Notes: generated from the letters alone by a model not told the origin. A stretch of DNA of 61,775 nucleotides, filler included, from Choristocarpus tenellus KU-1152 (GCA_964200185.2; 11 parts of 11 records of this genome joined end to end with filler, not necessarily neighbours in it); one strand, 5' to 3'. Shown: positions 1-13,826, counted from the first letter of the whole stretch. Numbers and translations: made by a program.

Positions 1-3000
1 GAGTGAGCACTATCCTCAAGGTGGGGGGTGGTGCTCTCCCTTATTTTCTAATTCATTCGTCATCAAACACGTCAGAAATATGTTTAAACATGTTTGTGAC
101 ACTTACACTACATCAATCACTTACAAGTTCAAGTTAAATTACTTCATTCACTTTTATACTATAAACCATATAGACTACTAGTCTATATTGCACAGTTGCA
201 CCACGGGATATACTGCTAATAATTGAAGATATGGAAGGATCAATGACAAAGTTTTTATTTTAGTCGTAGAATGTCTAGTTTATAACAAGATACTAGCATG
301 GGATACAAGTATTGCGCAGGGAGAATCTATCCAGACACCAAGTCAGAAGTAAATGTGTTTACAGGAGGAACACTCTTAATTGACAGGTAGTGCTGCTCAT
401 TGTGGACAGACTCAAGGCCGAACCAATTGAGAGGTAGATAGGTTTGGACCCTTTTTGCAGTTCAAGTCATCTTTCTTACCCTGTGCAATACACTCTACTT
501 CACTTCTCTCTGTGCACAATAGTGTACACAAATACAAAATCGATAATACCCCTTTCCACACACAAGGTGACACCACAATTCAGCAAAGGCTCTTTCTCCG
601 ATTGTACAAAATGGGATCATTTTGCACTTTCAACCCTTACCTACCTCTCAGTTGCTTTGACTCTCTCATGTGATTACCAGAATGAGCCCCCATCCACTAG
701 TGGGACTCAATCTCTCCTTCCTACCAATACTCGTGGATTGGTCACCACAAGTAATAATAACATGAATTTCTTCTGCTTGTTACAGAACATTGAGTGATGG
801 GATCCAATGGTCAGTCGATTGTGCTACCTTTGATTTTGTCAAGATGTTGATATGTCTCTGTTCCACTGAGGAACAACCAACGGTCTTTCTCAGGTGGGAC
901 TCACAGCTCAGTGCTACATGGTCACAGTAATACCTTGCTTGGCACTCACTGCCCTTCATCACCATGTTGAATTTACCGCTGATCTTGAATTAAAAAGTGT
1001 GTACCAAACTCTCCCTCTTCATTCCTCTTTTAGTCCACTTTCACATCGTTGTGGGTGTCTATCTCAGGAGATCTTCCGACCAAGGGAGTGCATAGATAGG
1101 GCGTTCTCAATTTATGATTACTACTCTGGAGTACTTAGTGAAAACTTCGAAGGTCACTAAAGTTGTGGGTCTCGAAGGTGCACACAAGACATGCAAACAG
1201 CACACTCTCCCATCTACCCCAAGCAAAGTGGTGGTTGTTTTGTGAGTTTTGCAAAGCTCACAAAACCACTTTACATGAATATTTTATGACGACACTCTTT
1301 TTCAAAAGGTTAAGGTACAAAGACGTTATCTCGGTATCAAAATAATGGGCAGTGATCTGCACCATGGCGCTCGAAAATCTATCGTCTCATGTGCGATCTC
1401 ACTGCCGTACTACATAATCCAAATATATTAGAGGTCTCTTGCGTATAGTATATTCTTGTTGCTCTTCGGAAAAAGTTTAGAATATTCCTCACAATCTCTG
1501 TTCTTTCCGTACCCATTCATTGCACGAAGTAGGATATGCTTCTTTCCCACCCAATGACAATACCTCTTTGAAAAATGTCAACTGGATGTGAAAAAAAATA
1601 CAAATTTAGCATATTACGCAGATACTACTAAGGTACTACCAATTACGAAATTCAAAGCACTAAAACGTTTTCCTGATCCCAAACATAATTGTGAACTTTT
1701 ATGTAAAACCTGAGCAACTTGAAGTTTTTTGCCGATTGATTGTGATGAGGAGGGCGACCACGCCCTTTCATGATAGCAACTATTAAACCTATCTGGCTAG
1801 TGGAGAAGGTACCAGGAAGCATTTACCAGTGAGAATGGACTGTTCTTATCCTCTGACTCGAGGACAGCATTGGGGTTACGGAAAAATTCCACCATACCTC
1901 TTTTTTTTGAGCCATGAAAAAAAGGAAAAAATGGGTATCATTTACCTTGAAATGGATCTTTACTGAGGTGCCAACTCCTTGACAAATTCGGGAGATTGCA
2001 TCTTGACAAAGGAGTCTTGCTGTATTGAAACATGCACTTGAATGTTGAGTGTTGAGTGGTAAACAAGTGTCTTTAGAGTTACCTCTTCACATTGATTACC
2101 ACTTTGTATACCATCACTATGAGTTGTACATGGCTTCTGTGTACAAGGTGGGTCTCTCACACTCTGCACCCCTAGAAAAACTAACGTCTATACCCAAAAA
2201 ATGTTCTCCTAACACTGATGAAAAGGTCCTGAAATTATTTCACATCTTCATAAGCAACCGGGCACAGAGATGCTCTGCTTCCATAATAACACCTTCCCAG
2301 AGGGGGCTGCTGCTAACTGCTAGAGGTCTCTGCCTCCGCCTTCTGGTAGACGTACTCGTAGCACTTTGGGGCAATTTCATACTTACATAAACAAAATATC
2401 ATCTCCTGTTCTAGAGTCACGGTCTCATAGCTGCGCTACAGGCATGGGAACAGGGTGTCAGGAGAGCCTAAGATTTTAGAAAATACCTAAAACACACCCA
2501 CCAAAAACAAGCCACAGGCAATCCCCCCATCCAGGATGCTATGGCTCCATCACATCGACCAAGCTGCTACGAAGAATCACCTATGGGTAGAATCTTCTTG
2601 ATGAATTCTGTTCGAAACATCTTTTCAACGATGGAGAAATCGATGCTCTCAAGTCAAACGTAGCGCTCCATCCATAGAAACTTTCGGTGAACTGCATGAG
2701 ACTGAGAAAAAATGGCTCAAAATGCAAAACGGCCAAAAAAAAAACTTGGTGAGCACCTCTCAGTACTTTGGCTCACAGAGAGATCATCTTCACTCCAGGC
2801 TTCTATTGGTATGGGGTGGGATGGGGCACTCTACACGATCTAAAAGAACAGACTCTTTGGTTTCCCTGCCTGACGAGCCTGTACGGATTGAGAGCATGAG
2901 AGGCAAAAGTGCAGATTGTCGCAGTGGTGAGTGTGTGTGTGTGCGCGCGCGTCTCGACACTGTTTTCTCAACCAGATGAATGTGGCAATCCTGTTCAAAT

Positions 3001-5206
3001 ATCGAATTGCTGGGCTGATTTTTCAAATGAAGAAAGGAGAGTGAGCTCTCCTAGCTCTCCCTCAGGGTGCCGGGGGTGAGGGCAGGAAGAGACGCCTTTG
3101 ACAATCAACATTTAGACCTAGTGCAGTATCGTTAACGCCTCACCCATAGATCCTTTCATGACCCAAGCGATTGTACTGGCCACTTTCATGGCGTCCTTCA
3201 AGCACAATCCACAGTGACATGGATGGCGTTAGGCAGATACTAATAACACGAGTCAGTTGCCCAGAACAGGATTCCACAACAAAAAAGCCTCTCGCTACTC
3301 ACCTTCTCCAACCGACTATTTCCAAAAGCACGCAAAACATGTTTTCCACAACAAACAGTCTCTGTTTGATTGTCCCGCAATCGCCCCTCCCCCCCCCAAA
3401 AAACAAACTATTGCTGATTCTCACCATTCAACAAATATCGTTACTATTTGTGCAACGATTACCACGTACTCTGGATCGCTTCAAAGCACGTATTAAAGAC
3501 TGAAAAAAACAGAAGCCCCGTGAAGACAGAGTTCAGCCTAGATAATCACAAGACGGGTGCCCGCATGGAGTGCAAAACACAGAAGGGTGCAGTAGTCTCT
3601 GCCCTACACCACCTGTGTGCATGATGTTCCTCTGCATTATCAGGAGGGGCGGATGCTTTCCTCAAATGGACTTATCGAGCAATGCACACAAGAGGTTAGC
3701 ATGTACATCACCCATAAAAGAGCGTAATTGACGTTGTCACAGCAATATGAAACCGCTACAAAGAAACACACACACAAAAGTATCTTCAAAAAATTAATGC
3801 TGGTAGCAAGAGCGCATGTACACTAGGCGAGTCTACGGGGACGAAAAGCTCACAATAGAGCTCAAACATACGTATACATATATAAATAGTCCGAACACCG
3901 TAGTACATAGTTACAATCATCCCTGGAATGTTACGTACTTGCAAAGACCAAAAGCTAAGCAACTTTGCAGTAAACAAGAGCCCACCACATGGCTCCATGT
4001 TGGATAACAAACGCAGTACTTTCGCTACGTTGAAGCACCTCCTGAGTAATAGCACATTTCATCACTCTTTCCGTGAGATGTCAATGGACCCTGCTTCAAT
4101 CGAATCTGAACTGCCATGAGCCCTGGGTCGTTGCCATCGCTGTATTGTAGCAGTGCTCAGTTCTTCGCGTAGTTTTGACCATGTATTTGTTGCACTCATA
4201 TTGCAGTGACTGCTGAATGATTTGCTCTAAGTACCATGTAGTTACCGCTCTCAGTAAAAAAATATTTCAGTCAAGAGCAAGGAAGAAAAAATAAACTAAC
4301 ATTTTTCAATTGTGAGGCACGGCAAGTAACTGCAACACCCATAAAGTGTGTATGAACCCGCGGCCAAGGAGGGTGTATTGCCATGAATAGTGGACAAAAG
4401 AGGAGTGAAGTAACATAGTGGCCTCGATCTGCCAACAAATAACAAGAAGTTTATGTCCTTATTTTTTGCTGGAGGGAAAGGGTGAGGTGCACGAGGGGTT
4501 CAGCATGGATCCTCTACCAACAAAGTTTCCACATGCCATTTACACTACAGTAAGATCTAAGCACGTCATACAAGGATATCAGCACAGCACTTGTTTGCTC
4601 CCTGAATCTCTTCAATATTTGGCCTTTGGTACCATGGCATAGGCTCAGTGTGGTGTAAGAATAAAACAAAACAGTGCTTCAGTATGGATAAAAACAAGTT
4701 TGAATAGTAAAAAAAGAAAACTAACACAAAGGGCACGATACGTTTAGTGCAGCATTTATGCACATTGAGGACCGCACATGTCAATGCTCAACTCTACAAA
4801 ACAGTCGTACTTCTATGGAGCTGCAAAAAAGTTAGTATGCGGCGATACGTTTATCAGCTGGAAAGGGCTAGGGCGATTGCTATCGAACAGGGATTGGCGC
4901 GCTTGTACCTAGTACTGGTCCTCCCTTCAAAGTCAATCCGATTTCAACTCGACCCTTTGATGCGAAGGGAATTTGATGTAGGGAAGAATGGGTTTGACAA
5001 TAGACACCTGACACAGCCGACACATTAACAACTTTGTTTACCGAAATACAACTTCCCTGAGTTGTGAGGCGTATATTCAAGCTCACATGGACCAGTGGAA
5101 ATGAGAATGAGGCCACTAATAAAGCGCTAAATCTATGCTCCACGAATGACCAATTTACACAGTGCTATATTCGTACCACTTTGAATATATGCGATCTCCC
5201 CCTAGA

Positions 5207-5967
5207 TCATCTGGCATCGTATGTCCTAGGCCTGAATTTGGCGGCATTTACCTTGCGGATTGCATCCTGCTCCTCCTTGATGCAGGCCTTGTAGTTGTCG
5301 AAAAAGCGCTCGCAAGCAGGCTTTTCGGTAAAAACGCACACAAATGTGCAAGTGGGCAATGGTACAGTGTCGGGAACAGGGGATTAGGTGGTGACAGGAA
5401 TTGATCAATACCATACAACAATATGTGTTTCACATAGAGCTGAAGGACCAAAGCCCTCAAATTACTCAAACAAGTCAGTGAAACAACACACCCAAGACCT
5501 GTCATGCCCACGCTCCACACACTCCATTTGTACGTGATTTGAAAGTTGATGGGGGCCACATCTTTCGTGCATCGTGTTACCAAAAGGTAGCGTGTTGCGG
5601 AGACGACTTTCTATATATTACATCAAGGCGAAATCCCCACAAGTAGGGCTCTAGTAGGTATCACGTGCCCTCCGTAGATGAATCAACAATCTCGTCAAAG
5701 GGAACAGCACACAATATGCACTCAAGTAATACAAGCTCGTAATCCCCTCACACCAGTCACAGGAAGTCAAATAACAATGGCTACCCGTCAAGACACTCGA
5801 AAGTTCAAGGATTCAATTGGTCGCAGACCCGTCCCACTTGCTGCAGAGTAATACTCTGCTCTTTATGCCACATCCTCCATGGTCACCTTGTTACCGGGAT
5901 TGTTCTCAAGACACTTAAAGCTCTCCCCAGCCAGCTCTCTACAGTTCGATTCCAACTTGCTCGCCAT
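5207..5967 (-). CDS. COX23: COX23/CHCHD7-like twin CX9C mitochondrial intermembrane-space protein (2 exons: 5967-5887, 5320-5207; ~64 aa)
   Basis: Manual splicing gives MASKLESNCRELAGESFKCLENNPGNK|PACERFFDNYKACIKEEQDAIRKVNAAKFRPRTYDAR*. The motif is CX9C-X10-CX9C, with a phase-0 GT..AG intron (AAG|GTGACC ... AAAG|CCT). SFKCLENN and C..FF..YK.C match the Cox23 pattern, and the Cox19 PP.KGSFPLDH N-terminus is absent. The C-terminus could instead splice at AAG|GTAAAT. Confidence 0.85.
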
Positions 5968-6375
5968 CACGATTCCAAGTGTTCCAAGACAGGGTTCAAC
6001 GTAAATATTATTGTGTAGAAGAAACCAAAATGAACCATCCAAACCTATCTGGTTTGCCTACCTCTTCAAAAATGTTGAACTACCTTACCACTATACAATC
6101 CTTTACCACCACAATTTCCACTATCTCAATCACGACTTCAAAATTTGGATGGTGAACGGCAAACAAATCTAAAATGGTTTTTAGGGGTTGTTCTAACATC
6201 TGAATGGTTTTTCCTTGGTTTTTCCTTCCCCTCACACATCTCCAAAATGCATAATAATAAGAATATAAAATTCATCAATACATTTTTTTTTACAGGGATT
6301 CAAAGTATATTGAATGGACATTTTGTCCGTCACAATACAAATGCCTCTATCCACACCTGCCATGCGACTCAAGGT

Positions 6376-6660
6376 GGAGACACCAAGGAGATGGGCAAGG
6401 AGGGGTCTGTCAGATTCTTGGGATGCTTCCCTAGCTCCTTGCCCTGAGGTGTAAGGCTAAGAAGGTAGGTTGGAGGCATTGGAGGGGAATATTGTAGTAG
6501 CATAGATAGCTGTTAGTTAAATTATGGGAAAATGTCTTTCACATTTATGACAACTCTTGTTCAGAACTTGTTCTGATACTGAGTTGTCTCTTCATCGGTT
6601 CCCCTGAAACATACGAAAAATGTTAGAGGGCATAATAATAAAATATTGAATTGGTTTTTT
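6376..6660 (+). repeat. Interspersed repeat family C fragment (related to 24385-24680)
   Basis: Shares GGAGATGGGCA.GGAGGGGTCTGT..GATTCTTGGGATGCTTCCCTAGCTCC and TTCATCGGTT..CCC.....CATA....AAAATGT.AGAGGGCATAATAATAAAATA with the start of the contig at 24385. Confidence 0.7.
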
Positions 6661-7557
6661 ATTGCCTTTTCCCTTGACACATCTCCAACATGTTGTGTGG
6701 CATCATAATATGTCTACCACTTTTGGAGATATGTGAGAAAAATGCCAAACCAGTATCACAACGACCTCTATAAAAGTAAGAATTTTGTATTTTGCCACCA
6801 TCAAGGTGTCACAGTTTTCCAAGTTCTCATCACCCTAGTTTGATGAGGTTAAAAGAAATAATTTAACCGTTTCGGACTAAAATAACTTTTTCATAATATA
6901 CCTAAGATTTTATAGATGTGTTAGGGGAAAAACCAATGACAAAACCATTCAAATGTCAGAACCTCTCAAAAAGTAATAGTTGTCATAAATGTGAAAGAGT
7001 AAAACTACTTGGTACAAACCCGATCATAGATTTTCAGTCCATTTCTACCTCTATTTTTAAAATTTGGGTAACGTTATCATACTTTTGTTTTTTGTCTTCA
7101 ACTACTTCCACATTTTCTTTGAAAATATCAACGTAACATATACTACCATAATATTTATGGGGATAGATTACTGGAAAATGTATTTCCTCATACCCCACTT
7201 GAAGTAATAATTTTTTTGTGATGGGGTCAAATCAGGAACTTTCGATACTAATTTGTTTAACTTCAAAAACCACCCATTTATTGAGAGTAGTTAAGTATAT
7301 GTTGTAATAATGACTATTCTACCACTGATGTTGGTTTTTTTGTGTTGTGGTTGGACGGACGGCAGGTGCAGAGTTGTTGTGGTGGTGTGTTGTGTTGATA
7401 AAAAGGTAGTGTTTCAAATAAGAAGTGGGTCTATAAAAGTCTATCCCCTTTTTCTCTTAGATTTTGTGAGGAGCCTAACTTCCAGGTTTGTACTCGTCAA
7501 GAGTGAAAACTGATTCAATCGACAGATGAGGAAGTAGATGAGTGAGGAGAAACAAAC

Positions 7558-10500
7558 ATGACTTCAAGTCCAACTACCAATAGGCCCGTGACTGTCACAC
7601 CCCCTAGTGTTCCCATTATGAGCAATGTTGATCTTGACGAGTTGCCGGAAACGTTGCGACGAAGAACTGCATGGATCATCAGAGATGCCACTTCGGGAGC
7701 AGGTGGAATTCTGTCAATGAGGCAGTGCTTCTGTGGCTTTTGTATTTGTGGCTTTTGCACGTTATAAGCTTGGGAGTGTTGACTACTGGTCTCCCTGATC
7801 AAATCAAGAGGCTTAAACGTTTGCCAACGGGAATCTTGTTTGCTTATGAGACCGTTACGGTCTTGCATCAAGTTCTTAGTGACTCTAAACGTTTGAGAGT
7901 GGGACAGCAGTTTGACATATCATAAGAAGGTCGGATATGTCTTGATCCTTCATTCCTCATTCCTTCCTAGAAAGTTTGGTTCAGTGCCTCACTCTACACC
8001 TGGTACCACCAACTAATCTGTATGTGTTCTTCCGCCTAAACAGCCTAGAACACGTCAGGTAGTCCGTGGTTTCGAAGGGGAGATACTGTAGATACACAGA
8101 ATTTACGATTTTGTGCATTACTTCTAATATACTAAAATGCACAGCAATCCCTCCTGCCAACCATCTTTGCGCATTTTTGTCTTTGAAGTAACCCCCACTT
8201 TTCTTTCTTTTCCTCTCATCCCCCTCCTCGCAACCCTCGTCACCTCCCGAATACATCTGGATTTCTCTGTTGATATGATTGCTCAGGCTCGGATACTTGC
8301 GACAAGTGTGGAAGAAGGGGAATTACTGACGTCGATGGCCGGGCGGTAGGTGGTGGCGGACATACAATTGGGGTCGAGTTCAGAGGCAAAGGTGATAGAA
8401 GTGGAAGTCGCGGTGGGACTGGTGGTTGCAGTGGAGGCAGCGAGGGTTTCCCTGTAGCAGAACAGCCTAAGGTAGAGACAACTCGTTGCTGGCGCATGGA
8501 GTCTAGCCCTCAGGAATTCGAATCTGTGAGACGTGCGAGTGAGAGAGTTACCCTAAACCTGAGGTGGGTGTTTTAAGGTGGGATTTCGGGTTTGAGGTTG
8601 TGTCTTGGTTTTGTTGGGAGGTTGCTGAAAGAATGGCATAGAGGTTATGGATATGGCATGTTTTGTATCCCTTCGAACTTTTCCCTCCACATAGATACTC
8701 CTAACTTCCCCCAGTCGCTGCTCCATTGTGTTGCACCCTTCTCTTTTTGTTGTGATTCTCCACAATTTATTGTAATACAAAGGTTGAGGTGTTCGGTTTA
8801 CCTGTGGAAGACTTGCTCTTGTTTTGTCACTTTCATTCTCCCGCAGCACTGCTAAGTGCTTCCCTTGTCACTGAACTTGACCTAGCAATTTTTGCTCTCC
8901 ACTCCCTTCCCCAATACTCCCTCGCTGTTGCCACTCTTTCCCCCTATTTCTCGCTTGTCTGCCCCCTTCCCCCCTCCCTCTCCTTCCCTTCAGTAACCCA
9001 CCCATTCAACATCCAGTTACATTCTTTGTTAGTTACCTCAAACCACCTCCTCAGATCAAATTGTTCAACCCATGCTGTATCTCTGGTTGCCGTTCAGTGG
9101 GACGTCGTTCGTGACCACACGAGATACCCTCATGAGAGATCCATGCACCTACTTTGCTGCAATGCTAAGAATGCAGCCTGCTTGCTCATCTTCTGAAGGC
9201 GTTTCAGCAGCAATAGGGGAAGAGGAGGGGGGGTGCGGGGGGGATGGAGGTGGGAACACAAGCTGCGAATTCTTCATTGACCGGGATCCAACTCATTTCA
9301 GGCAGGAACTAATAGCGTAGGAACTGGTGGGGAAAGAGGGAGGGGAAATGCAACATTTCTTTTGAGCAGATATGTTCCTATACTTGGTAGGGACCTCATG
9401 ACCTACATCTGATACACATTTAACACCTTCTATGCTAGATGTTTTGTTTTTATATGCTTTGCCAGAGCAAAAAGCGTTGAGGTCTGTCATGGCAATGGGC
9501 AAGAGGTGCAAAGCACAGTGGTGGTGGGCAAAGGGTGTTGCAGAGCACATGAGCTTAAAATGCATTTGCTGGACAGTGACCCTGTTATACGATAATTGGC
9601 CCCTCAATGATCTCCTCACGATGAATGACACAGGGGAGATGAACCCTGTTGTTGTCCAGGACAGCAGACATTACAGGTCGAATATGACTGAAGGTTCTAG
9701 ATTGATGCTATGAGATGAATCCTGCCAAGAGGGATTGGTGGAATCAAATCAACTTTCTCACTGAAATTTTCGATTTTTCAGTGGAATCTTGAAGGCCTCC
9801 TTGTCTCAATGTGTAAATAATTATGGTTGCAGCCGTAGAATTTCGAGTGTGTGATGGAAACGGATATTCCTTTTCCTGTATTTTGGGAATATTTATCGTT
9901 GAAATTCTAGACCAGATTTTAAAAACAACAGATAAATATTTTGCTATAGAGTGGAGCATCCCCCAAAAATGTTGGGGACAAATTAGAATGATTTGAGTGT
10001 AAGAAAACCATCTTTTCAACTTGGAAACTTCCCCTGATGGTAACAGTGTTCAATTCCACCTCGAGTTCATGTCAGATGGAGAAAAGAGAACATTTTTGTT
10101 TATATTTGGTAAAATTCAAAGTGTATCTGCCTTCCGCCCATCAGTCCAAGTTCCCAATCAACCACAATTTGCATGATAGTGCACTTCTGATTTATTATTT
10201 TCAGCTGAATAGACTCCTGATTGCAAGGGAAACATTTCATATACTTGAAGTATTGCCCAATTTTCGGTGATTCTCGAGATCCCCAAAATTCAAGCCTTTT
10301 GAGAGGCATTGGCTAGATCCTCCTGTAAGTGCTGAACTTTACTGTGTCCAAGGTGTACAAATGCTTTGGACAATTAAGTTTGATTGCACTGTTGATACTT
10401 TAGGGTATATCTCAGCAGAGTGGTAGTCTATTGTGCTGACTTTGTTTTAGAGGAATATTAGGTATGATTCAGTCTCGTAATGTGACAAGAGCGCTTGAAA

Positions 10501-11456
10501 TGGACACACCCTCAATGGAGAAGGGGTTATGACAAAGTAGGCCTTTCATTCTATTATTATTATTATTATTGACATTGGTCTGTGGAGTCCCAGACACTCT
10601 ATGTTTCTTTGTTTTTCACATTGGTCTGAGGGATCCCAACCCTTTATTAATATTACTGCATATGTGAGCTGGAGGGGTCTCGAGCCCTTTTTTATTTTAT
10701 ATTTCATTCTACAGCGCCTTGAACAATTGCTCACATGCTGACCAGTATTTTCTTTTTACTATTCTACACTTGTTTTGTGTTTTTGGTGCCAAAAGAGATG
10801 GAGTTCTTTGTTTAGGTAAGAGCTGTGTGTGAACACTGATCTGACCAATAGCGATTGCACACATTCAAAATGGAACACCTCCAGCAATTTCTCGAGGTTT
10901 TTGTTGAAATTTCATCAGGTTGCTTAGTCTTTTTTTTTTAATGAGATGTATAAAAAAAATTATGATCGTAAGGAGGAGGAAGACCTTAAAGGAAGGATCA
11001 TTATCCTGTGAAAAAAAGAAGAAGAAATTTCCTGTGTTTTTTTTTTTAATATGGAAAAAAAAGTAAAAATACATATCGGTCGGAAAATCCTTCCAGCAGT
11101 TGCGTATTTATTTGCTTCCTCTTCACTTTCTCTTTTTTTACCTCGGACTTGGGACCTCGGACTGGCAGGAACAATAACAGAAATAAAAAACATAAATATT
11201 ATTACTGTGAAGATGTCGTTAATCGAGATGTATAGAATGGACTGGAGTTGACTCAATAGAGTTTGATCGAATCGAAGTACTCGAGGCGTGGTCACAGGAA
11301 AAGCAAACAGTGCCAGCACACTAGGATGTGATGGCCTAGTTGAAGGGTTTCAATTGCAGTCGTGATTGGTGTTTGGTTGTGTTATCATCGAACGAATCAA
11401 ATGTTCTGTTGTGATCCAGTGTAACATCGACAGACTACATGCATGTTATGTGTGCG

Positions 11457-11491
<35 letters not shown>

Positions 11492-11986
11492 CTGTCTGTA
11501 GTAACACGGTGTATACTCCAGAGTGTTTTTGTTCTGCTTTATTTTGTTCTGCCCACTGATATTTTACGGCTGTTCTCGTGGAGGGAACAAGAAGCGTTTG
11601 TTATTTTTTCCAAATGATGTATTTTTGAATTTGCATCCCCGACGGTGTCAGTAAAAGTTTAGAAAAAGTAGTGGACGGTGGCATTTTTTTTTTCTGTTTT
11701 TGGACGGGAAGATAAATACTAGGAAATGAAAAAAAAAATGAGGAAATGAATTGCATGTGTACTATTAGTCAAGTTTGTTTTTTTTGGGGGGTCACGATGG
11801 CTATTTGTGTGTGTGTGTGTTCTGTGTGTGTTACTGGAGTACAGGCACATCTTGAACTACCTGAGGGATAACTATATTGGTCTGGAGTCTTTTGGAGCTG
11901 GGGATCTCCGTTTCATGGAAGAATTGCTGCAAGAGGCGCAGTTTTTCAATGTCAGTGGGTTGTGTCAGGACCTCTCAAGGAGGTGA
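7558..11986 (+). CDS. KCTD-type BTB/POZ (T1 tetramerisation) domain protein; exons 7558-7702 (tentative), 8287-8563, 9098-9301, 11845-11982/11986
   Basis: Spliced translation ...ERVTLNLS|GTSFVTTRDTLMRDPCTYFAAML...EFFIDRDPTHFR|HILNYLRDNYIGLESFGAGDLRFMEELLQEAQFFNVSGLCQDL contains the hallmark KCTD BTB motifs. Intron phases are consistent (1, 2, 2). The gene ends at TGA 11984-11986 or splices on at AG|GTGAGC. Confidence 0.85.
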
Positions 11987-12015
11987 GCGCAGTGGTAGTA
12001 ATGAGCACGATCGAG

Positions 12016-12206
12016 TAGTGAAAATGGATGCTATTTGAATGTTAATAGTGATAATGGATGCTATTTGAATGTTAATAGTGATAATGGATGCTATTTGAAT
12101 GTTAATTGTGATAATGGATGCTATTTGAATGTTAATTGTGAAAATGGATGCTATTTGAATGTTAATTGTGATAATGGATGCTATTTGAATGTTAATTGTG
12201 AAAATG
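12016..12206 (+). repeat. 30-bp tandem minisatellite, ~6.3 copies
   Basis: Unit AATGGATGCTATTTGAATGTTAAT(A/T)GTGA(T/A) repeated head-to-tail with no spacers. Confidence 0.95.
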
Positions 12207-12389
12207 ACAATTGCTACCCTTTCACTGTATTGTTGAAAAACTCTGACGCTATTGTTCTGTTTTTCTGTTCCCTCCCCTCCCTTCTTCTCTCTACCTCATT
12301 GATCGATCATTGATCGATTCAAATGTTGTTTCCAATAATCTTCCTGGATTTGATGCTCTGTTTCTTGTCGGGGGGGGGTTCTTGGGGGG

Positions 12390-12489
12390 NNNNNNNNNNN
12401 NNNNNNNNNNNNNNNNNNNNNNNNNNNNNNNNNTTAATTAATTAANNNNNNNNNNNNNNNNNNNNNNNNNNNNNNNNNNNNNNNNNNNN
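12390..12489. other. Artificial contig linker (N44-TTAATTAATTAA-N44); identical linkers at 15695-15794, 19333-19432, 24285-24384, 28066-28165, 34611-34710, 43489-43588, 47228-47327, 53541-53640, 57662-57761
   Basis: Same 100-bp structure ten times, and the 12-mer puts a stop codon in all six frames. Confidence 0.98.
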
Positions 12490-12506
12490 CATGTACGAAT
12501 GTTGAT

Positions 12507-12684
12507 GACCTAAAGTATCTGGGGAAGGGGGGGGGGTCTACACTGGGGTGTCCATTTGGGTCAAAACCAGGAAAAGTGCACTTTCATTATCCATCCGACT
12601 TATGGAACCAAATCACCCCAAAATCGCGACATGAAAAATTGACCCCAATTGGACAGCCGCCACCCCCCCCAGATACTTTGAGCC
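12507..12684 (+). mobile_element. MITE family B, full copy (178 bp)
   Basis: TIR GACCTAAAGTATCTGGGG...CCCCAGATACTTTGAGCC, 4-bp TSD TGAT (12503-12506 / 12685-12688), and many similar copies in the window. Confidence 0.9.
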
Positions 12685-13826
12685 TGATATTGAAAGTTGG
12701 CCACCAATACAAGTCTCTAACCTTATCAAACGTGGGTTTGGAACCTAGGTGGCTCTCAGACAATGACATGGTCATGGCAACCATGGTGTACAAGACGGAC
12801 TAACGAGCAAGGAATGACCAACTGGTCCCTAAACGTACTCCTCTTACGAAGATGGCCTGGTAAATACGAACGCTAAAGTAAGCCATTACGAAGGAAAAAA
12901 TACGACATACGCGTCATCAATTCCATATCAGGTGGTGAGCGACGTTGGGGGACTGCAAATACTTGAATTATGGTCCGAACTTGGATTCCTGCTCCTTGCG
13001 CAATTGCTTCGGGTCCACAGCAGGAAACACAGTACTGGAACTAGTAAAGAGTTCATGGTAGCTTTGGATGGGTGTTGCTCTTGCCAATCAAGGATTGCAC
13101 TGAACGCCTCCATGACACTATTATCAAGCAGTATTTTATCGGGATCAAGTTGGGGAATCGCTCCACTTCTCTCTGGAGACATTGATTCTCTTGTTGGGGT
13201 GGGACGGAGTCCGAACAAGGAAACAGCATGGGAGAGGGTGGCCACGTAATAAAAGAAACCTTCTGGACATCTTTCCACGAGGTTCGAGGGGGTATTGGAA
13301 CATGGTTGTCAAGGGACGATTCCAATCTGGTCAAATCATTTGTTGAACGTCATTCTATCATACCAGCCAACGCCTGAAAATGGAATGATTGGTGGGTCCT
13401 TGAAGAATTTTCGACAATAATTCTACACAATGAAACATCAGTCGTTTCAGAACATGCAGGGTGTTTTAGCTTCATACCGTGTGCTAACTATCAAAATTCT
13501 TTTTCCCATTCATGCCACCAGATACCCCTTGCCCTCAGCTTTAGCGTAATATATTGCTTTTCCGAACTGAACAAGAATTGTAAACAATATTGCCACTTTC
13601 CTACAAGCTAGATCTGTAATAGACTCAAGGCAGTTAGCAACCCTAAGATATATTCATTTCCTGAGCCTCAAGCCCCACCGATGTAACTCAGGTGGTGTGC
13701 TAAGTACTGGTATGAATATGCTTTCCTACACCTACTGTACATTTTCACTCATCCTTGCTTCTCTCATATATTCCTGCCGCTTGAACACGGCAAACCTTCA
13801 CCTGGTTGGGCATTGAAAAGTTCAGA

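Noticed and set aside
2414-2774. Third MITE relative (GAGTCAC... / ...AGTACTTTGGCTC)
   Set aside because: Only one end resembles the A/B TIR, with no TSD and no second copy in the window.
12016-12206. 30-bp repeat array as CRISPR, or as a Cys/Asn repeat protein (ORF 12035-12313)
   Set aside because: Repeats are contiguous with no unique spacers, there are no cas genes, and the context is eukaryotic. The ORF is a by-product of a unit length divisible by 3.
12928-13375. Minus-strand LLDNSVMEAF segment as a Ulp1 protease remnant
   Set aside because: Single weak motif, no HW or catalytic Cys motif, and a competing plus-strand exon reading exists.
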